From: a phage
DNA: 64,000 nt
Sequence record: OZ346182.1
Reading direction: 5' to 3' (one strand)
The first letter of the stretch is position 1. Each line of letters opens with the position of its first letter. The notes beneath the pieces were generated by a model. It worked only from the letters and a program-made list of their open reading frames with translations, was not told the DNA's origin and ran no database searches. Made by a program: the position numbers and the translations under genes. Below, piece by piece: positions 1-8,777 of this stretch.

Positions 1-629
1 AAGATTGCACAGGCAGTAAGTGACTCTACAGACCTTAACAAAATCTATCCAGTGGGTATTGTGACGTGGTTTAACAGTAATGTTAACCCTAATACAGCAC
101 TGCCTGGTCTAACTTGGACGTATCTGAACAATGGTGTTGGTAGAACTATCAGAATTGCAGCAGCAAACGGTTCAGATGTTGCTACAACTGGTGGTTCAGA
201 CTCTGTGACGTTAGCTGTTGGGAACTTGCCTTCACACACTCACAGTTTTTCTGCGACTACCTCATCGTTTGACTACGGAACAAAAAACACTAACACGACT
301 GGTGCTCACACACACACTCTGTAAGTGGCTCTACTTCATCTGCTGGTAACCACAACCATTCCATTTCGTGGATTGGTCAGAACTCTACACACTACTCTGG
401 TGGTGGTGGTGGTAAAATCGGTACAGGTCCGGGTTACACTGATGCTGCTGGTGCGCACACCCACTCTGTAAGTGGTACTGCTGGTTCTGCTGGTAACCAC
501 GCTCACAGTGTTGGTATTGGTGCTCACAGTCATACAGTTAGTGGTAACACTGGTGGTACAGGTTCTGGTTCCGCATTTAGTGTTACTAACCAGTTCTATA
601 AGTTAATGGCTTGGGTAAGAACTGCTTAA
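1..629 (+). CDS. tail fibre protein, C-terminal part (5' end outside window); reading frame changes at a (CA)5 tract near 307-317
   Basis: Frame 1 open from nt 1 to stop 322-324 with tail-collar-like motif GGSDSVTLAVGNLPSHTHSF; frame 3 continues to stop 627-629 with repeated H-x-H motifs (NHNHS, GAHTHSV, NHAHSV, AHSHTV). Confidence 0.6.
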
Positions 630-708
630 TCCCTTGTTGACTGATTGTTAAGATGGTGTTAATATTCTTTATGGGTATTCTCACCATCTTGGCTGATGAG
701 GTGATTAA

Positions 709-906
709 ATGCCTACAATCCTAGCAATTCTTCTAAAAAATCTAGGTAGCTTCTTCTGGAAACTCATTTTATCCCTTCTAAGTGAATACATGATTGAGAA
801 AGTGTTCTTTAAGCTTGCAAGATACCTTGCGAGTAAAACAGACACACCTATTGATGATGAGTTCGTAGATAACTTAGAAAAAGCTTTTAAGGGGGAGAAT
901 AAATGA
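709..906 (+). CDS. hypothetical small hydrophobic protein
   Basis: 65 aa ORF with hydrophobic N-terminus. Confidence 0.35.
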   Translation: MPTILAILLKNLGSFFWKLILSLLSEYMIEKVFFKLARYLASKTDTPIDDEFVDNLEKAFKGENK

Positions 907-1274
907 AGTGGCTAGAGGAAGCTTTTAAAAACAATATTGGTGCAATTGTTGTTGGTATTTTTAGTGTTATTGGGATGTATACCACTATGCAAGTTTCAAG
1001 TGGTAAGCAAGAAGTGTCTGTCACAACAAAGTTACAGCAGCTAGATAATTATTCCAAAAGTAACTATTCAGCTATTCGTGATTTACAGTCTGACATGAGA
1101 CTGATTCAGCTAGGGATGGAGAACCAGAAAGTTCAGTTAGAGAATGTTAAGGGTGAAAACGCAAAACTCACCAAAACTCTTGATAAATTCTCTGACAGTG
1201 TGAACAATCTGGCTCAATCAGTATCAGCCCTCCAAGCTATTACTGAAAAGAACACAAAGAATACTGAAAAATAA
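903..1274 (+). CDS. hypothetical protein, N-terminal TM segment plus coiled-coil
   Basis: 123 aa ORF; hydrophobic stretch IGAIVVGIFSVIGMY then heptad-rich region. Confidence 0.4.
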   Translation: MKWLEEAFKNNIGAIVVGIFSVIGMYTTMQVSSGKQEVSVTTKLQQLDNYSKSNYSAIRDLQSDMRLIQLGMENQKVQLENVKGENAKLTKTLDKFSDSVNNLAQSVSALQAITEKNTKNTEK

Positions 1275-1280
1275 AGTTTA

Positions 1281-1308
1281 AGGCTCCTTTTTACGGGAGC
1301 CTTTTTTG
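1281..1308. terminator. rho-independent terminator between convergent genes
   Basis: GGCTCC-TTTTTAC-GGGAGCC followed by TTTTTT. Confidence 0.6.
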
Positions 1309-1310
1309 TT

Positions 1311-2210
1311 TTACTTACCTACTGACAAAGGTGCTTCAATCTTTCCTGCATGTTGGTAGTTGCTAATACCACCAATAAAATCACTTGCGGTAAGGTGTTT
1401 TAGGTCACTTAGTGTGTTAAGCTGCACACCAATCTCAAAAGTAGGTGCATGGAACTCTTTATTGTTCATCAGTTCATAAACCTGCTTCATATGGTTCTGA
1501 TAAATCTGAGTATCTCCAAAGACACCTATCAAGTATCGTGGAGTATACCCAGTCATCTTGCAAAGAACTTCCAGAATAAAGCCATAGGATGCAATGTTAA
1601 ACGGAAGTCCTAAAAAGGTGTCTACAGAACGTTGATACCATTGTAAATCAACTTCACCCTCATTAGTAATGTAAATCTGAAACAGAACATGACAAGGTGC
1701 TAAAGCCATCGAGTTGGCTGCAATATCTGCTGCATTCCAAGCATTAACAAGCATGTAACGGTCTGTGATATCACCTTTCATCTTCGTTACTAAGGTCTCT
1801 AACTGGTCTACAACACAACCATTATGACCTTCAAAGTTTCTCCACTGAACCCCGTAGATTCTTCCACCTGCATCTTCTAACCAGTCTTGCTCAGAGGAAT
1901 AGCTAGAGCTTAACCAGCGTTTAAAATCATCTGACCAGATAGTCCAACGTTCCCCATCATTTTCACCCCAAGTACGGTAACGGAGTTCACCAAGTTTATT
2001 CTCACCGTTCAGGAACCATAAAGCTTCCCCAATAACTTGCCGTGTAAACACCTGTTTAGATGTTAAGAGTGGGAAACCAGTACGCATATCAAAACGAAAT
2101 TTTGGTGGAGCAAAAGCAGAGATAACATCTCCAGTTCGTGTAGTACGCAGTTCACCAACTGATAAAACATGGTTCAGGATATTTTTGTAGCTTGTATCTG
2201 CTTGTGACAT
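1311..2210 (-). CDS. thyA: thymidylate synthase
   Basis: 299 aa; motifs LAPCHVLFQIY and GLPFNIASYGFIL typical of ThyA. Confidence 0.95.
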   Translation of the reverse strand: MSQADTSYKNILNHVLSVGELRTTRTGDVISAFAPPKFRFDMRTGFPLLTSKQVFTRQVIGEALWFLNGENKLGELRYRTWGENDGERWTIWSDDFKRWLSSSYSSEQDWLEDAGGRIYGVQWRNFEGHNGCVVDQLETLVTKMKGDITDRYMLVNAWNAADIAANSMALAPCHVLFQIYITNEGEVDLQWYQRSVDTFLGLPFNIASYGFILEVLCKMTGYTPRYLIGVFGDTQIYQNHMKQVYELMNNKEFHAPTFEIGVQLNTLSDLKHLTASDFIGGISNYQHAGKIEAPLSVGK

Positions 2211-2211
2211 A

Positions 2212-2757
2212 TTAAAAGTGCCCTTTTACTTGTGGAACATAAATTTCAAAGGTTGCTTTACCATCCTCTGATGGTTTTGACTGTACCTTTGTAAATACAC
2301 GGTTATCATACAGCTTCTCAAAGAAGTTTTCAAAAGGTAAATGCACAGTGGCCTCTTCAGTAACTTTATGGAAAACAGTATGGAACACCACACTAGCATA
2401 TGGTAAAGCGTTGACAAGGATACCTGCACCACCAATTACAAAGATATCTTCATCAATAGAGCTATCAAGATACTTCAAAAATGCTCCAAATGACTCTTTA
2501 CTGGCTTTAGCATACATTACATCATCTTTGCCAAAGTCTATGCCTAAGTATGGTACAGAATTTGTTAAGATGAGGTTTGCACGTTCTGGTAAAGGTTTAC
2601 TACCCAGAGTCTTAAAAGTCTCATTACCCATGACTACTAAGTTATTTTTAGTGAGTCTCTTAAACTCTTGCATGTCCTGTTTATGTCGAGGCCACGGCAT
2701 ACCAGTCGGTGTACCAAATTCACCGTTTTCACCACTTGCAAATATTAGTTTAATCAT
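2212..2757 (-). CDS. folA: dihydrofolate reductase
   Basis: 181 aa; N-terminal MIKLIFA...GMPW and VMGNETFKTL typical of DHFR; adjacent to thyA. Confidence 0.9.
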   Translation of the reverse strand: MIKLIFASGENGEFGTPTGMPWPRHKQDMQEFKRLTKNNLVVMGNETFKTLGSKPLPERANLILTNSVPYLGIDFGKDDVMYAKASKESFGAFLKYLDSSIDEDIFVIGGAGILVNALPYASVVFHTVFHKVTEEATVHLPFENFFEKLYDNRVFTKVQSKPSEDGKATFEIYVPQVKGHF

Positions 2758-3014
2758 TTTGTAAACCCTTTCTTAATGAACCAGTTGATGACACTCTTCA
2801 CAAATTTACTACGATGGTAGATAAAATGTGGAGAGGGTTGGTATGAACCATAAGCCCAGAAAGCGATAATTTCATTACACCCTGTGCATCGGGTACTTTC
2901 TTCAGCAATATGACCGTTGACTATTTCATTTACCTCACCTTGTAAGTCTGTACACCCACAATGTGGACAACGGATAGGTGTTCCATCAGACTCATAGCAG
3001 TGTTCAATTTTCAT
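2754..3014 (-). CDS. hypothetical Cys-rich (zinc-ribbon-like) protein
   Basis: 86 aa; CPHCGC and CTGC pairs. Confidence 0.4.
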   Translation of the reverse strand: MKIEHCYESDGTPIRCPHCGCTDLQGEVNEIVNGHIAEESTRCTGCNEIIAFWAYGSYQPSPHFIYHRSKFVKSVINWFIKKGFTK

Positions 3015-3530
3015 CTATTTAACCTCAAAAACTGGCTCAAGAACCAATATAAAGTCTACACAGTCATCTTCTTCATCCAGAACACCATCAAAGTTCTTAG
3101 GAACGAAGTCGAAGAGGCTCATAACAAAACAGTCAGAAGTGACCCTGATAGTTCCTCCCATGTTCTCTACAGTTAACACTGTACGACTTTCTTTTACCTC
3201 CCTCAGAAGATTACCCACAAAGTCATCCAAGAAGTGCTTCATCAGTGACTTAAAACCTTTAGGGTAATCTGTACCAGAGTATGTTTCAATCTGGGGAACA
3301 AGCTTAACATTTATACTAGTCTTTGTTAAGAATGTATTAGAGAACATACTATCAGGTAACTTACAAACAGTCTTTCCAGTACCTTCATGTTCAATCTCAA
3401 CAAAACCAGCTTCATCGCCACATGTAACTATTTTAAAAGATGCTTCATTCTCATACTGTGAAGCCATAAACTTTTTAAGCATCACTTTAAGGAAGTCTGC
3501 ATGAGCATCTTGTAAGAAGATATCAATCAT
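3015..3530 (-). CDS. hypothetical protein
   Basis: 171 aa ORF, no recognised motif. Confidence 0.4.
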   Translation of the reverse strand: MIDIFLQDAHADFLKVMLKKFMASQYENEASFKIVTCGDEAGFVEIEHEGTGKTVCKLPDSMFSNTFLTKTSINVKLVPQIETYSGTDYPKGFKSLMKHFLDDFVGNLLREVKESRTVLTVENMGGTIRVTSDCFVMSLFDFVPKNFDGVLDEEDDCVDFILVLEPVFEVK

Positions 3531-3543
3531 AGTTAATCACCTA

Positions 3544-3903
3544 TTATGGGAACAAGCACTTAATGTCATCGTTTTTGAAAACAAAACTTGTGTAGTTATG
3601 ACCATCAACATCCAGCCAAACAGCCTGAACATCTACACCATCAAGATTCTGGTAAAGTTCTTTGATGAAGTGGTCTTTCACAATCTGACTGCTAGTTGTT
3701 TCCAGCTTAATGTTCGAGATTGCTGAACCTACAGCCATATAGCCCATGACACGTTTCTTCTCAGTATGCTTAATCTTACCATCTTTGTAAGCCATAATGA
3801 GATTGGAAAGAATCTTTACACCATAATACTTTTCAAGGTGAGTAGGTACACCATAAAAGCCTAATGCGAAGTTTTCAGAGTGGATAATGTTTTCACGTTT
3901 CAT
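3544..3903 (-). CDS. hypothetical protein
   Basis: 119 aa ORF. Confidence 0.4.
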   Translation of the reverse strand: MKRENIIHSENFALGFYGVPTHLEKYYGVKILSNLIMAYKDGKIKHTEKKRVMGYMAVGSAISNIKLETTSSQIVKDHFIKELYQNLDGVDVQAVWLDVDGHNYTSFVFKNDDIKCLFP

Positions 3904-3904
3904 A

Positions 3905-4234
3905 TTAATCTGCCAGCCTTAAATTAAAATTAACACCAAATTTTTCGCATACTTCCAACATATACTCAAGCGAGACATTACCAGTGAGGTGGACTATGTT
4001 GGATACACGAGCTTGAGAGATACCACAAATTTTAGCAACTTGCTCTTGAGAAAGACCTCTGGATTTAATCTCTCTCTTAAAACGATGTGCAACGAAATCT
4101 CTCATTTCGTCTACATCCATTGGACAAATATAACTCTCCATTTCAGCCTCTCTGTCAGCCTCCCAATCATCTTGTGGAGCATAAGGGTCAAAAACCTCAT
4201 TCATCTTTCTTCTTCCGTTTGCGTGAAGTGTCAA
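3905..4234 (-). CDS. helix-turn-helix (XRE-like) DNA-binding protein
   Basis: C-terminal LSQEQVAKICGISQARVSNI resembles HTH_3 motif. Confidence 0.45.
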   Translation of the reverse strand: MTLHANGRRKMNEVFDPYAPQDDWEADREAEMESYICPMDVDEMRDFVAHRFKREIKSRGLSQEQVAKICGISQARVSNIVHLTGNVSLEYMLEVCEKFGVNFNLRLAD

Positions 4235-4409
4235 TCAATGAATCTATGTTTGTAGCCCTAACCTTTTCACGTTCATCATTAAGATAATCGTCAAGAGCCT
4301 TTTCAATCTGTGAATCATCTTGACAGATAACTGTAAAGACTGTAAAGCCATCTGTATCGTCAATTATCTTGCCATAACCACTTCTGGGATGTAACTTTTT
4401 AAGAGCCAT
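4197..4409 (-). CDS. hypothetical protein
   Basis: 70 aa ORF, overlaps neighbour by about 38 nt. Confidence 0.3.
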   Translation of the reverse strand: MALKKLHPRSGYGKIIDDTDGFTVFTVICQDDSQIEKALDDYLNDEREKVRATNIDSLIDTSRKRKKKDE

Positions 4410-4410
4410 A

Positions 4411-4794
4411 TCAAATACCTGTGCAGCTTCTGTTTTCTAAGAAATACTCAACACCATACATAGCTTTTTGCATCAAATCCTCTTTAAACTGGATACGATG
4501 ATTTAGCATAGCCTGTACATCAATATTATCAGGGTGCTTCTCTTTAATGTTTGCAGATTGCAAGAAATACTCTGCAAGAACACGATACTGATAGTCAGTT
4601 ACTTTATCAGTCATCTCTGTTAAAGACTCTTCAGAGATTGGTTTAAGTAACTCACCATTAGCCAGAGCAACACCTTTAACAATCTGACAAGTATCTTCTG
4701 GAACACCTGATAAGTCCACATTTGGGAGTTCTGTTGCATTGACTGGTAAATTCATTGCCATAACCATTGCAGCAGCTAATAAAATCTTTTTCAT
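4411..4794 (-). CDS. hypothetical secreted protein
   Basis: N-terminal signal-peptide-like MKKILLAAAMVMAMNLPVNA. Confidence 0.45.
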   Translation of the reverse strand: MKKILLAAAMVMAMNLPVNATELPNVDLSGVPEDTCQIVKGVALANGELLKPISEESLTEMTDKVTDYQYRVLAEYFLQSANIKEKHPDNIDVQAMLNHRIQFKEDLMQKAMYGVEYFLENRSCTGI

Positions 4795-4839
4795 AATGAC
4801 CTCAAAGTTATATTAAATTTTGTATTACATTGAGTATAA

Positions 4840-4886
4840 AAATAAGCTATAATACCTGACTTGTCAACAGATTTTATAGCTTATTT
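4840..4886. repeat. perfect 13 bp inverted repeat (AAATAAGCTATAA ... TTATAGCTTATTT) with 21 nt spacer
   Basis: Read directly; lies in a 430 bp ORF-poor gap. Confidence 0.6.
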
Positions 4887-5227
4887 GGCAGATTTTTTAT
4901 AAGGCTACTGCCATCCTTCCATACCAGACCACACCATGCCAAACCAGACTTCACATCACCTTACCGTGCAATACATTACTTAAAAACCCTCTTAAAAGGG
5001 TCTTAAGTGATGCTGGTGAGTACCCGTTGGTTTATGCTGCTCAGTATACTCACCAAATTTTCTATGTCAACAACTTTTTATATAAAAGTCCTGATAGCTA
5101 TATGTGTTACAAAACAGAAGATTGTGAACAAGACACCCATTGCAAAGGATGTGTTCAAAAGCTTACTTGTGATGTAAGACAACACAAAGATAACTAATGC
5201 AAATAGTATGATTATGCTTAGCATAGT

Positions 5228-6331
5228 TTACTCATAATCCCTAATAACTAGCCCGACAGGGAACTGTAAAGAACCCTTACGAGTCATCTTCTGGAACTGA
5301 ACCGTTAGAGGCTTCCCGATAAACTCTTCAGGATGCTCAGCAAGATACTGTTTCTTCTCATGAGTAGTCTTCCATGAGACATCTACAAAGACGTTAGGAA
5401 GAGTCTCTACAACGAACTTACCATGACCACGTTTATCAGTCTTTACACCAGTAACTTTAAACTCTTCAGTGTGCATCTTCTTGTGCTTAATCAAGAAGTA
5501 TGAACGGTGACCACACTCATAGAAAGATTCTTCAGAGATTGAACGGTACATTGCACCTTCAAACTTAGCTTCAACCCACTTATCATGAGCTTCATCAAAT
5601 TCTTCCCAAGAATTTACACGACGAGACTTAACAGGAACAACTTTACAGCCATCTCTAAAGTCATTCAATGGTGAAGTCTCAATAATATCTCTACGCTCAG
5701 GCCACGTCTTAGTGCTGTCACAGATATCGTACCAGTAAAACTTGAGTAAATGTCGGTCAGGATTGTCTTCATTTTTAATCATGGAGACAATATCTTCTAA
5801 GTCCCACCCATGAGCATAAATCTCACCATCAAATTCATCAACATCTTTATGGAGCCTCAACATTGCCATAATGTCAGGTATTAGCTCAGTAGGAATTTTA
5901 TAAATAGTGTTCTCACGAGAATATGCTGTAAATACACTGCCAATACTCAAGTGTCTTGAAATTCTACAACGGACACCATCAAGTTTTGGTTGAGCATCAG
6001 CAGGGAACTTCAGATACTTTGCATGGCTAACCTTTGCAGCATCATGAGCAAGCTGTACACCTACCTTCTCAGTATTCTGTGCAGACTCTTTTGTGTAAGC
6101 ATAACCTTTGCGGTCTACTTGCTTTTTATACTTAGCAGCAACTTCAAAGAGAGCTTGCTGTTCAGCATTACGCTCATTCTTTTTACCGATGTTCTTAGGC
6201 TCTGCTGTGTACTCTTCAAACATCATCTTGCCATTTTCTTTACCATAGGTTGTAATAACTTTGTTACCTATAGCACCGCATGACCAGATGTTGAAGGAAC
6301 CGTCTTTATTTTGTTTGTATAGTGTTGTCAT
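5228..6331 (-). CDS. ATP-dependent DNA ligase
   Basis: 367 aa; adenylation motif KLDGVRC (KxDGxR). Confidence 0.85.
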   Translation of the reverse strand: MTTLYKQNKDGSFNIWSCGAIGNKVITTYGKENGKMMFEEYTAEPKNIGKKNERNAEQQALFEVAAKYKKQVDRKGYAYTKESAQNTEKVGVQLAHDAAKVSHAKYLKFPADAQPKLDGVRCRISRHLSIGSVFTAYSRENTIYKIPTELIPDIMAMLRLHKDVDEFDGEIYAHGWDLEDIVSMIKNEDNPDRHLLKFYWYDICDSTKTWPERRDIIETSPLNDFRDGCKVVPVKSRRVNSWEEFDEAHDKWVEAKFEGAMYRSISEESFYECGHRSYFLIKHKKMHTEEFKVTGVKTDKRGHGKFVVETLPNVFVDVSWKTTHEKKQYLAEHPEEFIGKPLTVQFQKMTRKGSLQFPVGLVIRDYE

Positions 6332-6633
6332 TTTCTCTTACCACCAATCTCTACGTCGATAACCTGAACATCACCAGCAACATCAAACTTATGAATGATG
6401 CTTTCCACAGTGTAAGTCCAACCATCAATGCGAACCAACTCACCTTCTCGTGGGACGATTGGATTACGTTGAGCTATGGTTGTAGTGGAGTGAACAACAT
6501 CATAACGATAGATATAGTTTACTAATACTTCCATCGTGAAAACCTCACTCAATAACCGTAGTATGTGATTGACCATTTTTGCCATAGCTATAAGATGTTG
6601 TTGTTTGAGAGTTTGGGCATCTGACAACAACAA
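6328..6633 (-). CDS. hypothetical protein (start uncertain)
   Basis: 101 aa ORF; overlaps next gene unless an internal start is used. Confidence 0.3.
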   Translation of the reverse strand: MLLSDAQTLKQQHLIAMAKMVNHILRLLSEVFTMEVLVNYIYRYDVVHSTTTIAQRNPIVPREGELVRIDGWTYTVESIIHKFDVAGDVQVIDVEIGGKRK

Positions 6634-6802
6634 TATCTCTGCTTATAGCATCACCATTGAGTTTGTAGATTTTGCAGTCTTGCATCTCTGGAGGGAGGCT
6701 GTAAGAAGCATCTTTGTTTTCATAAGATGGGTTGCAGCCAGCCAGAAAAATTACTCCAAGTGCAACCATTGCTTTCACACAACTCTTAACCTTATTGTTC
6801 AC
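6545..6802 (-). CDS. putative lipoprotein
   Basis: Signal peptide ending in lipobox-like LAGC. Confidence 0.45.
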   Translation of the reverse strand: MNNKVKSCVKAMVALGVIFLAGCNPSYENKDASYSLPPEMQDCKIYKLNGDAISRDIVVVRCPNSQTTTSYSYGKNGQSHTTVIE

Positions 6803-6934
6803 GATAGTCTACCTCTCTGTATGTTTTTAAATAGTGAGTGATGAGTTCTGGTAATTCACTACGTTTAACGTTTGAACGAAGAAGTGTCCAGTCAAAACCC
6901 TTACCAACCCTTCCCCAGAGACTGTACATTTTCT

Positions 6935-7168
6935 TCATAGCAACTCCAGAATATCAATACGTTCGCCTTTGAGTACTCCAGTACGGTCTTTTGCAATCTT
7001 ACCGTCAACGATAAGGATGTGTGTAGACCTTAAAGCGTCGTTGTTAAAGGTTTTTACGAACTTGCTAGGCATGACTACAATGGACATCTCCTGAATTAAC
7101 TCTGGAGTGTAGCAGTTATCATGAAGTTGCTGAATAACGTCTGCAAGTGTCATTTTTGATGTCTCCAA
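6935..7168 (-). CDS. hypothetical protein
   Basis: 77 aa ORF. Confidence 0.35.
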   Translation of the reverse strand: METSKMTLADVIQQLHDNCYTPELIQEMSIVVMPSKFVKTFNNDALRSTHILIVDGKIAKDRTGVLKGERIDILELL

Positions 7169-7359
7169 TATTCAATATCTACAAGTTCTTGTGCAATGCT
7201 TTTCAGATTACCTTTCAAGAAAACCTTCTCAGAACCTGAAAGAGATGAATTGTCAATTAACCTGTTCATTCTCTCAAACAACTTCTGCTTACGATTTTTG
7301 ATAGTCTCCTTTGAAGCACCTTTCATCATCGCTGCATGGGTTCTTCCACGATGGCTCAT
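7150..7359 (-). CDS. hypothetical basic protein
   Basis: 69 aa ORF, Lys/Arg-rich. Confidence 0.35.
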   Translation of the reverse strand: MSHRGRTHAAMMKGASKETIKNRKQKLFERMNRLIDNSSLSGSEKVFLKGNLKSIAQELVDIEYWRHQK

Positions 7360-7410
7360 AAGCCCTCCTATATAAGATATAGTATAAGGTACTCTTCCAT
7401 GAGCACCTTG

Positions 7411-7944
7411 TCAACTTAGTTTTGCAAACTCTCCGTGGAGTTTAATAGCAGCTTCACAGTAAGCTTTATGGGCTTCTTCAGGTGTGTCATGGTGACCTAA
7501 AAACATCTTCTTACCTTTATAACTTATCTGTGCGACCCACTTACCAGACTTCTTCTTAAGACTTACACCCTTGTACCCAGATTTATTGGTGACCGGTTTA
7601 CCTTTATTCCAAGCACTTTGAAAATCATCTGCTTCCCTTAAGTTTACAATCCTGTTGTCAAGTGAGTCTCCGTTGATATGGTCAATGATACCTTTTGGCA
7701 TCTTGCCATACACGTAAAGCCATGCGAGTCTGTGTGCTTTATGTGCTTTCTTGTCAAAATAGATACTAACCTGTTTATGACCACTTGAATCAGTCTGGAT
7801 ATTACCTGCCACCTTTCCTGCATAATTACTGTTAAAAACACTAACAGCTCTTGATTTACCTTCTCTACGAAGCCAAGTAAAGACCCCTGTTTCGGGGTCA
7901 TAGTGCAGCAGCTCCTTTAAACGTTTTTGTAAAATTAAATCCAT
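7411..7944 (-). mobile_element. HNH homing endonuclease with AP2-like DNA-binding domain
   Basis: 177 aa; HINGDSLDNRIVNL HNH-like core and C-terminal SGYKGVS...GKWVAQISY...HHDTPEEA AP2-like; shares a 30 nt identical 5' segment with the gene at 17783. Confidence 0.75.
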
Positions 7945-7947
7945 TAA

Positions 7948-8507
7948 TCAATGTACCTCATACCAGCTCTTACCAACCTTTGCTGTACCAGTTACAAGTG
8001 TTTCTTTCCTCAAACCTAAGTTTTTTGAAGCTTGTCCATACATCCAGTCAGCAATTGCTTTCATATCATGTGTCATACCCTCTGGACATTCCCAACTATT
8101 TTCATCGTGATATGCCAGAAGTAACCTTGCTCCGATAGCTGGTTTTCGAGCATTCAGTTTTGTCAGGCCATCTTCACAGGCTTTTCTTGCTGCTAGGTTG
8201 ATGGCCTCATTCTGAATCTGTGCTTCCGAACTCATCAGGAGGTAGTTCAGTAGTTTATGTGGAGATTTGCACCATATCCATGCTCCAGCGACCCTGATAT
8301 AACCACCTTTAGCAATTGAAGAATTCTTCCCAAAAACCTCTTCCAGAGCCTTTTTAGACGCCTTAAAATCGGCTTCTAAGCTATCAAGTAACTTCTTAAT
8401 CTTTGGCAGACGCATATAGTAAGTTTGTTTAGTCAATGCACCTTCTTCCGTAGATGATGCCTTGATAGTTTTTGCAAACTTCTCGTCTCCAGCCCCGAAC
8501 AATACAT
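7948..8507 (-). CDS. DNA polymerase (family A), exon 2 / C-terminal part
   Basis: Begins FGAGDEKFAKT (second half of Pol A motif B) and contains LLAYHDENSWE (motif C); upstream boundary approximate. Confidence 0.8.
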
Positions 8508-8777
8508 CTGGTCAATACACTCGCAAGGTGTACCAGTTCTCTTATGAACTTCTCCGCATTTCTACGGAGTGTCGGACTATATCACGTAGCAGTGGTGCTA
8601 CCGTTGCACTTGGGATGGTCATTAGCTTACCACCCTACTCTACTCAGTTCATACGTTAAGTATGCTTTTCGATAGTCTCTGAACGTTCCTCTTAAGAGGC
8701 TTCGCTGCTGATTACCATATCTTTACAGACTTAGGCTTCCAGCAATTCACAACGTTTTACATGCGCCACTGACGCAT
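8508..8777 (-). ncRNA. putative group I intron interrupting DNA polymerase motif B (boundaries +/-10 nt)
   Basis: In-frame stops between exons; minus-strand elements GUUCAGAGACUAUCG (R-like) and GUGAUAUAGUCCGACA (S-like) with GACUA/UAGUC P7 pairing. Confidence 0.65.

Noticed and set aside
8503-8777. Intein as the cause of the split DNA polymerase
   Set aside because: The intervening sequence has in-frame stop codons and group I intron-like R/S elements, so an in-frame intein does not fit.
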